Source: Oscillospiraceae bacterium (lineage in GTDB: Bacteria; Bacillota; Clostridia; Oscillospirales; Oscillospiraceae). From it: a stretch of DNA of 64,000 bases. Shown in pieces: positions 42,705 to 52,169 of this stretch. The DNA is taken from NCBI GenBank assembly GCA_017447645.1, contig JAFSNA010000095.1, forward strand, positions 295 to 64,294, read 5' to 3'. The translations under genes were made by a program, and so were the position numbers. Position 1 is the stretch's first letter. Every line of letters starts with the position of its first letter. The notes below the pieces were generated by a model, which saw only the letters and a list, made by a program, of their open reading frames with translations, was not told the DNA's origin and did not search any database.

Positions 42705-44972
42705 ATGCATGTGATAGCCGCCGCCATCGTCAAATGGCGGGGGCTTTTCATGCTGCTTTTCCTGGCCGCTGCGGTGTACTGCGGCCTTTCGCTCTCCCGC
42801 GTGAAGGTCAACTCCGACCTGACCTTCTTCCTCGCCGCCGACACCGAGACGCGCCGCGGCATCACGATCATGGAGCAGGACTTCGTCACCTGCGCGTCCG
42901 AGGACGTGATGGTGGCGAATCTGACCTATGAGCGGGCAGAAGAGCTGGCCGAAGAGATCCGCGGCTTTGAGCACGTCTTTTCCGTGGGCTTCGACCCCTC
43001 CGACGCGCACTACACCAGCTCCGCCGCGCTCTTCACGATCGCCTTCGACGCGCCGGACGAGGATCCGGGCGTGGCGGCCGCGCGGGAAAAGATCCGCGCG
43101 CTGCTCGCGCCCTATGACAGCTACACCTATTCGATGGATCTCAAGCATTACTCCCAGCAGCTCGCGGGCGAGATGGTGGGCGTCATCGCGATCGCCGCGG
43201 CGGTCATCGCGGTGATCCTGCTGTTCACCTCGCGCAGCTATTTCGAGGTCGTGATCTTTTTCATCGTCTTTGTCTTCGCGGCGCTGCTGAACATGGGCAC
43301 GAACTTCTGGCTGGGCGAGATCTCGATGATCACGCACACGATCGCCGTGATCATGCAGCTCGCGCTGGCCATCGACTACGCGATCATCTTTTCGCACCGC
43401 TATCAGGACGAGTGCGAGCGTTTTTCCTCTCCGCGCGAGGCGCTCGAGGAGGCGCTGGCAAAATCCATCCTGGAGATCAGCTCCTCGTCCCTTACGACGA
43501 TCTCGGGGCTCGTGGCGCTGATGCTGATGCAGTTCCGCCTCGGCTACGATCTGGGCATCGTGCTCTCCAAAAGCATCGTATGCAGTCTGCTGACCGTGTT
43601 TTTGCTGATGCCGGGGCTGATCCTGCTCTTCCCGCGGGCCATCCGCCGCAGCGCCCACCGCACGCTGATCCCGGACATCACGTCCTGGGGCCGCTTCCTG
43701 ATGCGCTCGCGCTCCTGCTTCGTGTGGCTGTTCCTGCTGATCGTGCCGCTGGCCTATTACGGCGCGCGGCATGTGGACTACGCCTTTTCCGACACCACGG
43801 TCACGGAGCTGGTCTACTCCGAATCCCGCGCGGCCATGCGCAAGATCGAGCAGACCTTCCGCCGCTCCACCTCCGTCGTGCTGATCGTCCCGCACGAGGA
43901 TCTCGAAGCCGAAAAGGCGATCCTCGGGGAGATCTCCGAGATCCCGGAGGTCACGGGCGCGATGGGACTGGCCGGCATCGAGATCGGAGACGGGCATGTG
44001 CTGACCGACCGTTACAGCGCGCGCGAATTCGCCGAGCTGCTCGATCTGCCGCAGGAGACGGCCGAGCTGCTCTTCCAGGCCTACGGCGTCCGCCGGGAGG
44101 AATACCAGGCCCTCTTCTCCGCGGGCCGCGAGAACTACCGCGTGCCGCTCGTGGATCTCTTCGGCTTCGTCTTTGATCTGGTCGACCACGGGGTCGTGAC
44201 GCTGACCGGCGAGCAGAACGCGCGCCTGGGCGAGCTGCGCGAGGAGCTGAACTTCGCCCAGCGCCAGCTCAGAGGCGAGCATTACAACCGCATGCTCCTG
44301 TCCGTCGATCTGCCCGCCGAGGGCGAGCGCAGCCGCGAATTCGTCGAGCAGATCCGTTCGATCGCCGCGGCGCACTACCCGGAGGGCGAGATCCTGGTCG
44401 TTGGCGACATCACCTCCGCGCGCGATCTCGGCGACTCCTATACGGGCGACTCGCTGCTCATCAGCATCCTCACGATCGTCTTTGTCTTCACGATCCTGCT
44501 TTTCACCTTCCGCACGGTCGTGGGCGCGATGATCCTGGTCTTCGTGATCCAGGGCAGCATCTGGATCAACTTCTCCTTCCCCTATCTGCAGCACGTCAGC
44601 CCCTCGTTCGTGACCAACATGATCGTCTCGGCCATCCAGATGGGCGCGACGATCGATTACGCCATCGTGCTGATGAACCGCTATCAGTCGCTGAAAAAGG
44701 ACTTTCCGATCCGCGAGGCGATGGCGCGCGCCGTGAACCAGAGCTTTGCCACGGTGCTGACCTCCGGCTCGATCATGACGATCGCGGGCCTTTTGATCGG
44801 CCTGCGGGTCAGCGACGTGTACGTCAGCCATATCGGTCTCGCCGTCGGACGCGGCGCCTTCTGCTCGGTCGTGCTGGTGCTCAGCGTGCTGCCGCAGCTG
44901 CTGGTGCTGCTGGACGGGGCTGTGGAGAAGACCCGTTTTCGTCTGAATCTTCGGGAGGGGGATGAGCTATGA
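42705..44972 (+). CDS. MMPL/RND-superfamily membrane transporter
   Basis: About 755 aa with two blocks of TM helices separated by soluble loops. Start at ATG 42705 or GTG 42666. Confidence 0.8.
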   Translation: MHVIAAAIVKWRGLFMLLFLAAAVYCGLSLSRVKVNSDLTFFLAADTETRRGITIMEQDFVTCASEDVMVANLTYERAEELAEEIRGFEHVFSVGFDPSDAHYTSSAALFTIAFDAPDEDPGVAAAREKIRALLAPYDSYTYSMDLKHYSQQLAGEMVGVIAIAAAVIAVILLFTSRSYFEVVIFFIVFVFAALLNMGTNFWLGEISMITHTIAVIMQLALAIDYAIIFSHRYQDECERFSSPREALEEALAKSILEISSSSLTTISGLVALMLMQFRLGYDLGIVLSKSIVCSLLTVFLLMPGLILLFPRAIRRSAHRTLIPDITSWGRFLMRSRSCFVWLFLLIVPLAYYGARHVDYAFSDTTVTELVYSESRAAMRKIEQTFRRSTSVVLIVPHEDLEAEKAILGEISEIPEVTGAMGLAGIEIGDGHVLTDRYSAREFAELLDLPQETAELLFQAYGVRREEYQALFSAGRENYRVPLVDLFGFVFDLVDHGVVTLTGEQNARLGELREELNFAQRQLRGEHYNRMLLSVDLPAEGERSREFVEQIRSIAAAHYPEGEILVVGDITSARDLGDSYTGDSLLISILTIVFVFTILLFTFRTVVGAMILVFVIQGSIWINFSFPYLQHVSPSFVTNMIVSAIQMGATIDYAIVLMNRYQSLKKDFPIREAMARAVNQSFATVLTSGSIMTIAGLLIGLRVSDVYVSHIGLAVGRGAFCSVVLVLSVLPQLLVLLDGAVEKTRFRLNLREGDEL

Positions 44973-47623
44973 AAAGAAAAAACATCCTTGCCGTACTGCT
45001 TGCGGCAGCGCTGCTCTTCTCGCTCTCGCCCGCGGCCCTGGCCGCCGCTCCCGACGGCGCGTCGGAGGAGGACGTCGTCGTGCGCCGGATCTCCAGCGCG
45101 GCGCAGTTCCTCCGCTTTGCGCGCTCCTGCGCGCGGGAGAGCTATTCGACCGGCGTGCGCTTCGTGCTGGAGACGGACATCGACCTCTCCGGGACGGAGT
45201 TTGAGAGCATCCCCTATTTCGCGGGCGAGTTCGACGGCGGCGGCCACAGCGTCAGCGGCCTCTCGATCGACCGCGCGGGCTCGCGCCTCGGGTTGTTCCG
45301 CCAGATCGGCAAGGGCGCCTCGGTCCACGACCTGAAGGTCTCCGGCAGCGTCACGCCGAGCGGCACCCGGGAATACCTCGGCGGGCTCTGCGGCGTCAAC
45401 GAGGGCGCGATCAAAAACTGTGAATTTTCCGGCGAGGTGCGCGGCCTGAACGGCGTCGGAGGACTCGTCGGGCTCAACACCGGAACGGTGAGCGGCTGCC
45501 GCGTCGAGATCGTCGTGTGCGGCGAGCATCAGGTCGGCGGCGTCGCCGGGAAGAACGCCGGCGTGCTGTTCAACTGTGAGAGCGCGGGCACGGTCAACAA
45601 CGAGGAGATCACGCCCGAGGGCGAAAAACGCTTCGATCTCTCGAGCTTCTCCCGGGACGACATCGCGGATCTGAGCGACATCGCCCTCGTCGCGGGCGAA
45701 AACACGGGCGTCGTGCGCTTCTGCCGGGCCAAGGGCGCGGTCGGCTGGCGCTACACGGGCTACAACGTCGGCGGGATCGTGGGCAAGAACAGCGGCTTCG
45801 TCGACAACTGCCGCTTCGAGGGCTCCGTCGAGGGCCGCCGCGACGTGGGCGGCATCGTCGGGCAGAGCATCCCCTACGTGGCCTGGGAGCTGTCGGAGGG
45901 CAAGCTCAAGGAGCTGGAAAAGGCCATCAGCGGTCTCAGCGGCCTGCTGGGCTCGGCCTCGAAGACGATCGGCGCGATGAGCTCGACCCTCGCGTCCCAG
46001 ATGAACAGCCTGAACGGGCTCAGCTCCCAGGCCATGAGCGCGGCGAGCCAGCTGCTTGGCTCCGCCGCCGGACAGACGGCGCACTATCTCGCGGGCATCA
46101 AGGTCGACCCCGTTTCGGGCGAGATCACGCTGCCGAACGCGAACTACGCCGCGGCGGATACCTCCGCGCTCACGGCCGCGCTGGCCGGGCTTTTCTCCCA
46201 GGTCAAGACCGTCTCCGGCGCGCTCGAGGGTAGCGTCGGCGACGCGGCGGAGGACTGGCGGCGGATCACCGGACAGATGAGCTACGTCTTTCAGATCATC
46301 TATTCCATGATGGAGGAGATCGGGCAGGGGGACCTGCTCTCCGTGCGCGATCTCTCGCTCGACGAGGCCTATAAGCACGACGAGGGCGCGGTGGCGCGCT
46401 GCGACAACCGGGGCAGCGTGCGCGCCGAGGCCAACGCCGGCGGCGTCGTGGGCTGCGTCGCCTTTGAGCTGTCCTTCGACCGGGAGGGCACGCTCGACGC
46501 GGCGGACTACCTGCCCGTCCGGGCCGAGCAGATGCTCTTCGCCGTCATACGCGACAGCAAAAACAGCGGCGAGGTCTTCAGCCGCGGCGACTGCGCGGGC
46601 GGCATCGTCGGGCGCATGGACGCCGGCGCGGCCGTGGACTGCGTCAGCACGGGCGCGGTCCGCTCGCAAAACGGCAGCTACGTCGGCGGCGTCGCCGGCG
46701 AGGCGGGCGGAACGCTTGCGCGCTGCACGTCGCGCTGCCTGCTCGAGGGCGAAAAATACGTCGGCGGAGCCGCGGGCCTGGGCACGGACGTGACGGACTG
46801 CCGCGCCTGGACGCATATCGCGCGCGCCGACGAATACGCCGGGGCCCTGGCCGGCTGGTGCGAGGGCGCGGTCAGCGGCAATCTCTACGTCACGGACGGC
46901 GTGGAGGGCGTGGACGGCGTGAGCCGCATCGGCCAGGCCGAGCCCGTCACCCGTTCGGAGTTCCTCGCGACGGCCGGCCTGCCGGCCGGGCTGGAGGACG
47001 TGAGCGTGCGCTTCTACGTCGACGGCGAGCTGTACCGTACGCTCTCCGTCCCCTTCGGCGGCGCGCTCGAAACGCTGCCGCGCGTGGAGGACCGCGGCGG
47101 CGCGGCCTGGGTCTGGGACAGCTTCGACGCCTCGGCGATCTACTGCGACATGGAGGTCTCGGGCGCCTATCTCGAGCCGGTCAAGACCCTCTCCTCGGGG
47201 GAGGACTTCCCGCTCTTCCTAGTCGAGGGCGAGTTCTTCGACGGTCAGCGTCTGGACGTGCAGCCCTTCGACGGCGCGCCCGAACAGGGCGAACGCCTGG
47301 GCGGCTATACGCTGCGCGTCGAGGGCAGCGACGGTCCTCTCACGGTGCGCATGCGCTCCGAGAGCGGCGCGTCGATCTTCGCGCCGGACGGCAGCGGCGG
47401 CTGGCGCGAGCTGGAAAGCGAATGGGACGGGCGCTATCTCGTCTTCGGGCTGGAAAACGGCGGCTCCTTCGCCGTGCTGGCGGCGCAGAGGCAAAGCGGC
47501 GGCCTGCTCTGGGCGGCCGCGGGCGGCGCGGCGCTGCTGATTGCCGTGCTCGCCGGACGGGCCTTTGTGCGCAGGAAAAAGAAAGACCCGGCGCAGACGG
47601 ACGCTCCGGACACGACAGAATGA
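44969..47623 (+). CDS. Secreted GLUG-repeat protein with C-terminal TM anchor
   Basis: Signal peptide, then more than 10 periodic (V/L)GG(L/I/V)(V/A/C)G...C units, then C-terminal LLWAAAGGAALLIAVLAG. ATGA overlap with the MMPL gene. Confidence 0.8.
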   Translation: MKRKNILAVLLAAALLFSLSPAALAAAPDGASEEDVVVRRISSAAQFLRFARSCARESYSTGVRFVLETDIDLSGTEFESIPYFAGEFDGGGHSVSGLSIDRAGSRLGLFRQIGKGASVHDLKVSGSVTPSGTREYLGGLCGVNEGAIKNCEFSGEVRGLNGVGGLVGLNTGTVSGCRVEIVVCGEHQVGGVAGKNAGVLFNCESAGTVNNEEITPEGEKRFDLSSFSRDDIADLSDIALVAGENTGVVRFCRAKGAVGWRYTGYNVGGIVGKNSGFVDNCRFEGSVEGRRDVGGIVGQSIPYVAWELSEGKLKELEKAISGLSGLLGSASKTIGAMSSTLASQMNSLNGLSSQAMSAASQLLGSAAGQTAHYLAGIKVDPVSGEITLPNANYAAADTSALTAALAGLFSQVKTVSGALEGSVGDAAEDWRRITGQMSYVFQIIYSMMEEIGQGDLLSVRDLSLDEAYKHDEGAVARCDNRGSVRAEANAGGVVGCVAFELSFDREGTLDAADYLPVRAEQMLFAVIRDSKNSGEVFSRGDCAGGIVGRMDAGAAVDCVSTGAVRSQNGSYVGGVAGEAGGTLARCTSRCLLEGEKYVGGAAGLGTDVTDCRAWTHIARADEYAGALAGWCEGAVSGNLYVTDGVEGVDGVSRIGQAEPVTRSEFLATAGLPAGLEDVSVRFYVDGELYRTLSVPFGGALETLPRVEDRGGAAWVWDSFDASAIYCDMEVSGAYLEPVKTLSSGEDFPLFLVEGEFFDGQRLDVQPFDGAPEQGERLGGYTLRVEGSDGPLTVRMRSESGASIFAPDGSGGWRELESEWDGRYLVFGLENGGSFAVLAAQRQSGGLLWAAAGGAALLIAVLAGRAFVRRKKKDPAQTDAPDTTE

Positions 47624-47630
47624 CCGAAAA

Positions 47631-47664
47631 AAGAGGGAAGGCGCAGCGCGCTTTCCCTCTTTTT
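47631..47664 (+). terminator. Terminator after the GLUG gene
   Basis: AAGAGGGAAGGCGC-agc-GCGCTTTCCCTCTT followed by TTTT. Confidence 0.75.
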
Positions 47665-47684
47665 CACAAAAAAAGAAAAGACCG

Positions 47685-47713
47685 TTGACTTTTGCGATTT
47701 GTGGTGCTAAAGT
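47685..47713 (+). promoter_or_regulatory. Promoter TTGACT-17-TAAAGT
   Basis: Hexamers read directly. Confidence 0.5.
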
Positions 47714-47882
47714 ATGACCATCTCCCACGGAGGTCACGACGACATGCAGATCCGTTTCGCAGCCGCATACGCCTATTACCGCTATTTCGAAAGGAAATAG
47801 GGGTCGTTTGTGCTGCGAGCAAAGCCGGGGGTTCTTTAAGAAAAGTCGAGCCGCACAGATGACTGTGCGGCTTTTCTTTTTT
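47714..47882 (+). promoter_or_regulatory. Unclassified structured leader ending in an intrinsic terminator (attenuator / riboswitch candidate)
   Basis: Terminator AGCCGCACAG-atga-CTGTGCGGCT plus T run at 47849-47882. An upstream AGCCGCA copy offers alternative pairing. Confidence 0.5.
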
Positions 47883-47920
47883 GACGGACCCTCTGTAAAA
47901 ACAGTCTGGAGGAAAACGAC

Positions 47921-48880
47921 ATGAAAAAGATCCTTGCTCTGATCCTGGCGCTGACCATGCTCTTTGCTCTCGCCGCCTGCGGAAAGGCCGAGAGCGCCGA
48001 AAAGACCTTCACGGTCGGCGTGTGCCAGCTCGTGCAGCACCCCGCGCTCGACGCCGCCACGAAGGGCTTCGTCGACACGCTCAAGGAAAAACTCGGCGAC
48101 CGTGTGACCGTCACGGTCCTCAACGGCAGCGGCGACCAGCCGAGCTGCGCCGTCATCGCCAACCAGTTCGTCTCCGACGAGGTCGACCTGATCATGGCCA
48201 ACGCCACGCCCGCGCTGGTCGCCTGTGCGGCCGCCACGGACAAGATCCCGATCCTCGGCACTTCGATCACCGCCTACGGCGCCGCCTTCGGTCTCGACGA
48301 CTGGGACGCGCGCACGACCCAGCGCAACATCTCCGGCACCTCCGACCTCGCCCCGCTCGACGAGCAGGCCGCGATGGTCAAGACCTTCTGCCCCGACGCG
48401 AAGACCGTGGGCATCCTCTTCTGCTCGGCCGAGGCCAACTCCAGGTTCCAGGTCGACACGATCAAGCCCATGCTCGAGGAGCTGGGCTTCACGGTGAACA
48501 CGTACAGCTTTGACGACTCCAACTCCGTCGCCGCCGTGACGACGAACGCCGTGGGCGAGTGCGACGCGCTCTACATCCCCACCGACAACACCGCCGCCTC
48601 CTGCGCCGAGACGATCAACAACATCGCCAGGCCCGCCGGCGTGCCGATCATCGCCGGTGAATCCGGCCTCTGCTCCGGCTGCGGCATCGCGACGCTCTCG
48701 ATCGACTACTACGCGCTCGGCTGCGCCACGGCCGAGATGGCCCTGGAGATCCTCCTGGAGGGCAAGGACGTCGGAAGCCTGCCAATCCGCTACTCGCCCG
48801 AGTTCACCAAGATGTTCAATGCCGGGCTCTGCGAGGCGCTGGGCGTCGACGTTCCCGACGAGTTCGTCCCCATCGAGTGA
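47921..48880 (+). CDS. ABC transporter substrate-binding lipoprotein (ABC_sub_bind/PF04392-like)
   Basis: Lipobox LFALAACG. FTVGVCQLVQHPALDAATKGF pattern. Confidence 0.8.
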   Translation: MKKILALILALTMLFALAACGKAESAEKTFTVGVCQLVQHPALDAATKGFVDTLKEKLGDRVTVTVLNGSGDQPSCAVIANQFVSDEVDLIMANATPALVACAAATDKIPILGTSITAYGAAFGLDDWDARTTQRNISGTSDLAPLDEQAAMVKTFCPDAKTVGILFCSAEANSRFQVDTIKPMLEELGFTVNTYSFDDSNSVAAVTTNAVGECDALYIPTDNTAASCAETINNIARPAGVPIIAGESGLCSGCGIATLSIDYYALGCATAEMALEILLEGKDVGSLPIRYSPEFTKMFNAGLCEALGVDVPDEFVPIE

Positions 48881-48910
48881 GCTTTCCGTTTTGTGACTGA
48901 GGTGTAAAAA

Positions 48911-49867
48911 TTGTCTGTATCCGCCTATTTTGCTTCGCTGAGCCTGCTCAGGCTGCTGAAAAACATGCCCGGCGGCGTCGCCCAGGGACTGATCTGGGGC
49001 ATCATGGCGCTGGGTATCTATATCACCTTCCGCCTGCTGGACGTGGCCGATCTGACCGTGGACGGCTCGTTCACCACGGGCGGCGCGGTATCCGTCATGC
49101 TGATCCTCGCCGGCTGGCCGGCCTGGGCCTCGCTCGCCGTCGCCTTCGCGGCCGGGCTGCTGGCCGGGCTGTGCACGGGGCTGCTGCACACCAAGCTCGG
49201 CATCCCGGCGATCCTCGCGGGGATCCTGACGCAGCTGGCCCTCTTTTCGGTGAACCTGCACATCATGGGCATGGCCTCCAACAAGGCCGTGAGCGTGGAC
49301 CGCTACCGCCTTGTCCTCTCGCTGCGCCATATCCCCTCGGCGATCCTGGTCGGCACGCTGATCGCGGCCGCGCTCGTCGCGCTCATGTACTGGTATTTCG
49401 GCACCGAGCAGGGCTCCGCCATCCGCGCGACCGGCGACAACCCGGCCATGAGCCGGGCGCTGGGCATCAACATCGACACCATGAAGCTGCTCGGCCTTTC
49501 GCTCTCGAACGGCATCGTCGCCTTTTCCGGCGGCCTGATGGCGCAGTTCCAGGGCTTTGCGGACGTGAACATGGGCCGCGGCGCGATCGTCATCGGCCTG
49601 GCCGCCGTCATCATCGGCGAGGTGCTTGTGCGCGCGCTCTTCAAGCGCTATCTCAACTTCTCGATCCTGCTCGCCTTCACGGTGCTCGGCGGCGTGCTGT
49701 ATTACATGGTCATCGTCGTCGTGCTCTGGCTGAAGCTGAGCGCCAACGACCTCAAGCTCTTCACGGCCGTGGTCGTGGCGCTGTTCCTCGCCGTGCCGAC
49801 TCTCCGCGACCGGCGGCAGCACAGCTTCCGCGCGGGCGGGAGAAAGGAGGCGGACGAGCATGCTTGA
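48911..49867 (+). CDS. ABC transporter permease
   Basis: TTG start after GAGGTG. Multi-TM protein. Operon position. Confidence 0.8.
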   Translation: MSVSAYFASLSLLRLLKNMPGGVAQGLIWGIMALGIYITFRLLDVADLTVDGSFTTGGAVSVMLILAGWPAWASLAVAFAAGLLAGLCTGLLHTKLGIPAILAGILTQLALFSVNLHIMGMASNKAVSVDRYRLVLSLRHIPSAILVGTLIAAALVALMYWYFGTEQGSAIRATGDNPAMSRALGINIDTMKLLGLSLSNGIVAFSGGLMAQFQGFADVNMGRGAIVIGLAAVIIGEVLVRALFKRYLNFSILLAFTVLGGVLYYMVIVVVLWLKLSANDLKLFTAVVVALFLAVPTLRDRRQHSFRAGGRKEADEHA

Positions 49868-50660
49868 TCTGATCGACGTTTCCAAGACCTTTCACCCCGG
49901 CACGATCAACGAGAAAAAGGCGCTCGCCGCGCTCGATCTCCACCTCGACGACGGCGATTTCGTCACCGTCATCGGCGGCAACGGCGCGGGCAAATCCACG
50001 CTCCTGAACGCCGTGGCGGGCGTATGGCCGGTCGACGGCGGGCGGATCCTGCTCGGCGGCACGGACATCACCGCCTGGCCGGAGCATCGGCGCGCCGTGC
50101 ACATCGGCCGCGTGTTCCAGGACCCGATGATGGGCACCGCGCCGAACATGCAGCTGGAGGAAAACCTCGCCCTGGCGCAGCGCCGCGGGCAGAGGCGCGG
50201 GCTCAGATGGGGCGTGACGAAGCTGGAGCGCGAGGATTACCGCGCGCTGCTGGCCGACCTCGGGCTCGGGCTGGAGGACCGCATGACCGTCAAGGTTGGG
50301 CTGCTCTCCGGCGGCCAGCGCCAGGCGCTGACGCTGCTGATGGCCGCGCTGCGCCGGCCGAAGCTGCTGCTGCTCGACGAGCACACCGCCGCGCTCGACC
50401 CCGCCACCGCCGCGAAGGTGCTGGAGCTCTCGGACCGCATCGTGTCCGAGGCGCATCTGACCGCGCTGATGATCACCCACAACATGAGCGACGCGATCCG
50501 CCACGGCAACCGTCTGATCATGATGGACGAGGGGCGGATCATCCTCGACGTGCGCGGCGAGGAGAAAAAGAGGCTCACCAAGCGCGAGCTGATCGACCTC
50601 TTCGCCCAGAGCGCGGGCTACGCGCTCGAGAGCGACCAGACGCTGCTGAGCAGGAACTGA
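49860..50660 (+). CDS. ABC transporter ATP-binding protein
   Basis: Walker A GGNGAGKST, signature LSGGQRQ, Walker B LLLLDE. Confidence 0.9.
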   Translation: MLDLIDVSKTFHPGTINEKKALAALDLHLDDGDFVTVIGGNGAGKSTLLNAVAGVWPVDGGRILLGGTDITAWPEHRRAVHIGRVFQDPMMGTAPNMQLEENLALAQRRGQRRGLRWGVTKLEREDYRALLADLGLGLEDRMTVKVGLLSGGQRQALTLLMAALRRPKLLLLDEHTAALDPATAAKVLELSDRIVSEAHLTALMITHNMSDAIRHGNRLIMMDEGRIILDVRGEEKKRLTKRELIDLFAQSAGYALESDQTLLSRN

Positions 50661-50670
50661 CCCGGAAAGC

Positions 50671-50707
50671 AAAAAAAGGAACGACCCGCCGGGTCGTTCC
50701 TTTTTTT
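50671..50707. terminator. Bidirectional terminator
   Basis: AAAAAAAGGAACGACCC-gcc-GGGTCGTTCCTTTTTTT. Confidence 0.9.
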
Positions 50708-50717
50708 ATGCGTTTTT

Positions 50718-52169
50718 TCATCCGAACAGCTGTCTCAGCCACTGGCCGAAGGTGTACGTCACGTTCAGGACGCAGACGTCCGAGCAGAAGCCGTCCGCCG
50801 TCGCGGCGCGGATCTCTGCCCTGCCCCTGTCCAGCGCCGTGACGACGCCCTTTTCGTCCACGACGGCGACGGACTCGTCGCTGCTGCTCCAGCGCACGGA
50901 GCGGTCGGCGGCGTCGGCCGGCCCGACCTCCGCGCGGAGCGGGATCGTCTCGCCGGGATGCAGCGCGGCCTCATGACGGTCGAGCGCGCAGCTTTCCGTC
51001 GCGATCAGAGCCGGGAGCTCCCGCTCCTCCAGCACCGCGCCGCAGCGCGTGCAGACGCGGCGCTCCAGCCCCGCGGCGGTATAGGAGGGCGCTTCGACGC
51101 TCTCCCAGTCCCCGCTCAGATGCTCGGGGGGCGTGTAGCTGTCCGTCCAGCTGTGGCCGCAGCCGCGGCATTCGTGCCGGGTGAAGCCCCAGCTGTCGCA
51201 GCCCGGGGGCGTGATCTCCTCGGCGACGTCCGGGTCCTCGCAGCTCTCGGGGCGCAGCACGAAGCGGTAATCAAAGGTCTCGAGCCGCTGAAAATCGTTG
51301 CTGTTGCCCTCATAGCGCCGCAGGCCCGTCAGGTATTCGCCGCGGTAGGGCATGCAGTAGGCGCGCCGGTCGGTATTGGCCTCGAAGAAGCGGATGAAGC
51401 CGCCGACGTAGTTCTCGGAGACCGAGCAGTAGGGATAGTCCATGCCGCAGAGATAGTACATCCCGACCAGACCGCCGTTGTGCACATAGCCGTGGCAGGA
51501 GTCGTAGCCCTCGATCCGGACCGTGCAGCGCTCGATATCCGCCACGCCGCAGCTGAGCACGCCGCCCATGAACTGCTCGCAGCGGCGCTCGAGCAGGCGG
51601 TCCTCGAAGAAGAGCTCGACCTCGGCTTTGCAGTCCGTGATGCTGCCGCAGCCGTAGCCGGCGACCCCACCCAGACCGACCATGACCGCGCGGCCGACGA
51701 ACTCCGCGCGGCCCTCGACCGCGCAGCCCGAGATCGCGCTGTGGTCGATATAGCCCGCCAGCAGCGCGGCGAAGCAGTGCTCGTTGCTCTCGATCGAGAG
51801 ATAGGCCCCGCGCAGCGAGAGATCGCGGACCTCGGCATTTTCCAGCGTGGAGAAGAGCCCCGCGAAGACCGTCTCATAGGGCTTGAGGTTGCCGTCGCGC
51901 GTCGTGCGGACTTCCGCTCCGCAGCGCGTCACGCTCAGGTTGTAGATCGTGTGGCCGCGCCCGTCCAGCTTGCCGGAAAAGGCGACGGGCGTCCAGTCTA
52001 CGCCCGCGAGGTCGATATCCGCCGCGAGCGCGTAGCTGCCCGCGGGATCCTCCGCCATCGCGGCCAGACCCGCGGCGTCGCGGATCTCCGTCACGTCCTC
52101 CGCCCCCGCGCGGGGCGCGAGCGCGGCGAGCAGCAGCAGGCAGAGCAGGAGCGATAGAGCTTTTTTCAT
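50718..52169 (-). CDS. Secreted GLUG-like / Cys-cluster / Big_2-like protein
   Basis: Start MKKALSLLLCLLLLAAL at 52169. Contains LGGVAGYGCGSITDC and CRGCG...CTRCG. C-terminal Ig-like VVAVVDEKGVVTALDRGRAEIRA. Confidence 0.7.
   Translation of the reverse strand: MKKALSLLLCLLLLAALAPRAGAEDVTEIRDAAGLAAMAEDPAGSYALAADIDLAGVDWTPVAFSGKLDGRGHTIYNLSVTRCGAEVRTTRDGNLKPYETVFAGLFSTLENAEVRDLSLRGAYLSIESNEHCFAALLAGYIDHSAISGCAVEGRAEFVGRAVMVGLGGVAGYGCGSITDCKAEVELFFEDRLLERRCEQFMGGVLSCGVADIERCTVRIEGYDSCHGYVHNGGLVGMYYLCGMDYPYCSVSENYVGGFIRFFEANTDRRAYCMPYRGEYLTGLRRYEGNSNDFQRLETFDYRFVLRPESCEDPDVAEEITPPGCDSWGFTRHECRGCGHSWTDSYTPPEHLSGDWESVEAPSYTAAGLERRVCTRCGAVLEERELPALIATESCALDRHEAALHPGETIPLRAEVGPADAADRSVRWSSSDESVAVVDEKGVVTALDRGRAEIRAATADGFCSDVCVLNVTYTFGQWLRQLFG

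Noticed and set aside
47714-47882. T-box, purine, ykkC/guanidine, ZTP or preQ1 identity for the ABC-transporter leader
   Set aside because: None of the remembered conserved cores (T-box UGGUACCGCG, GUUUCUACC, ACGR loops, and so on) is present. Left as unclassified.
42648-49885. 727-, 710- and 888-aa minus-strand ORFs
   Set aside because: Antisense shadows of the MMPL, GLUG and ABC-transporter genes, with Arg/Gly/Asp-rich nonsense products.
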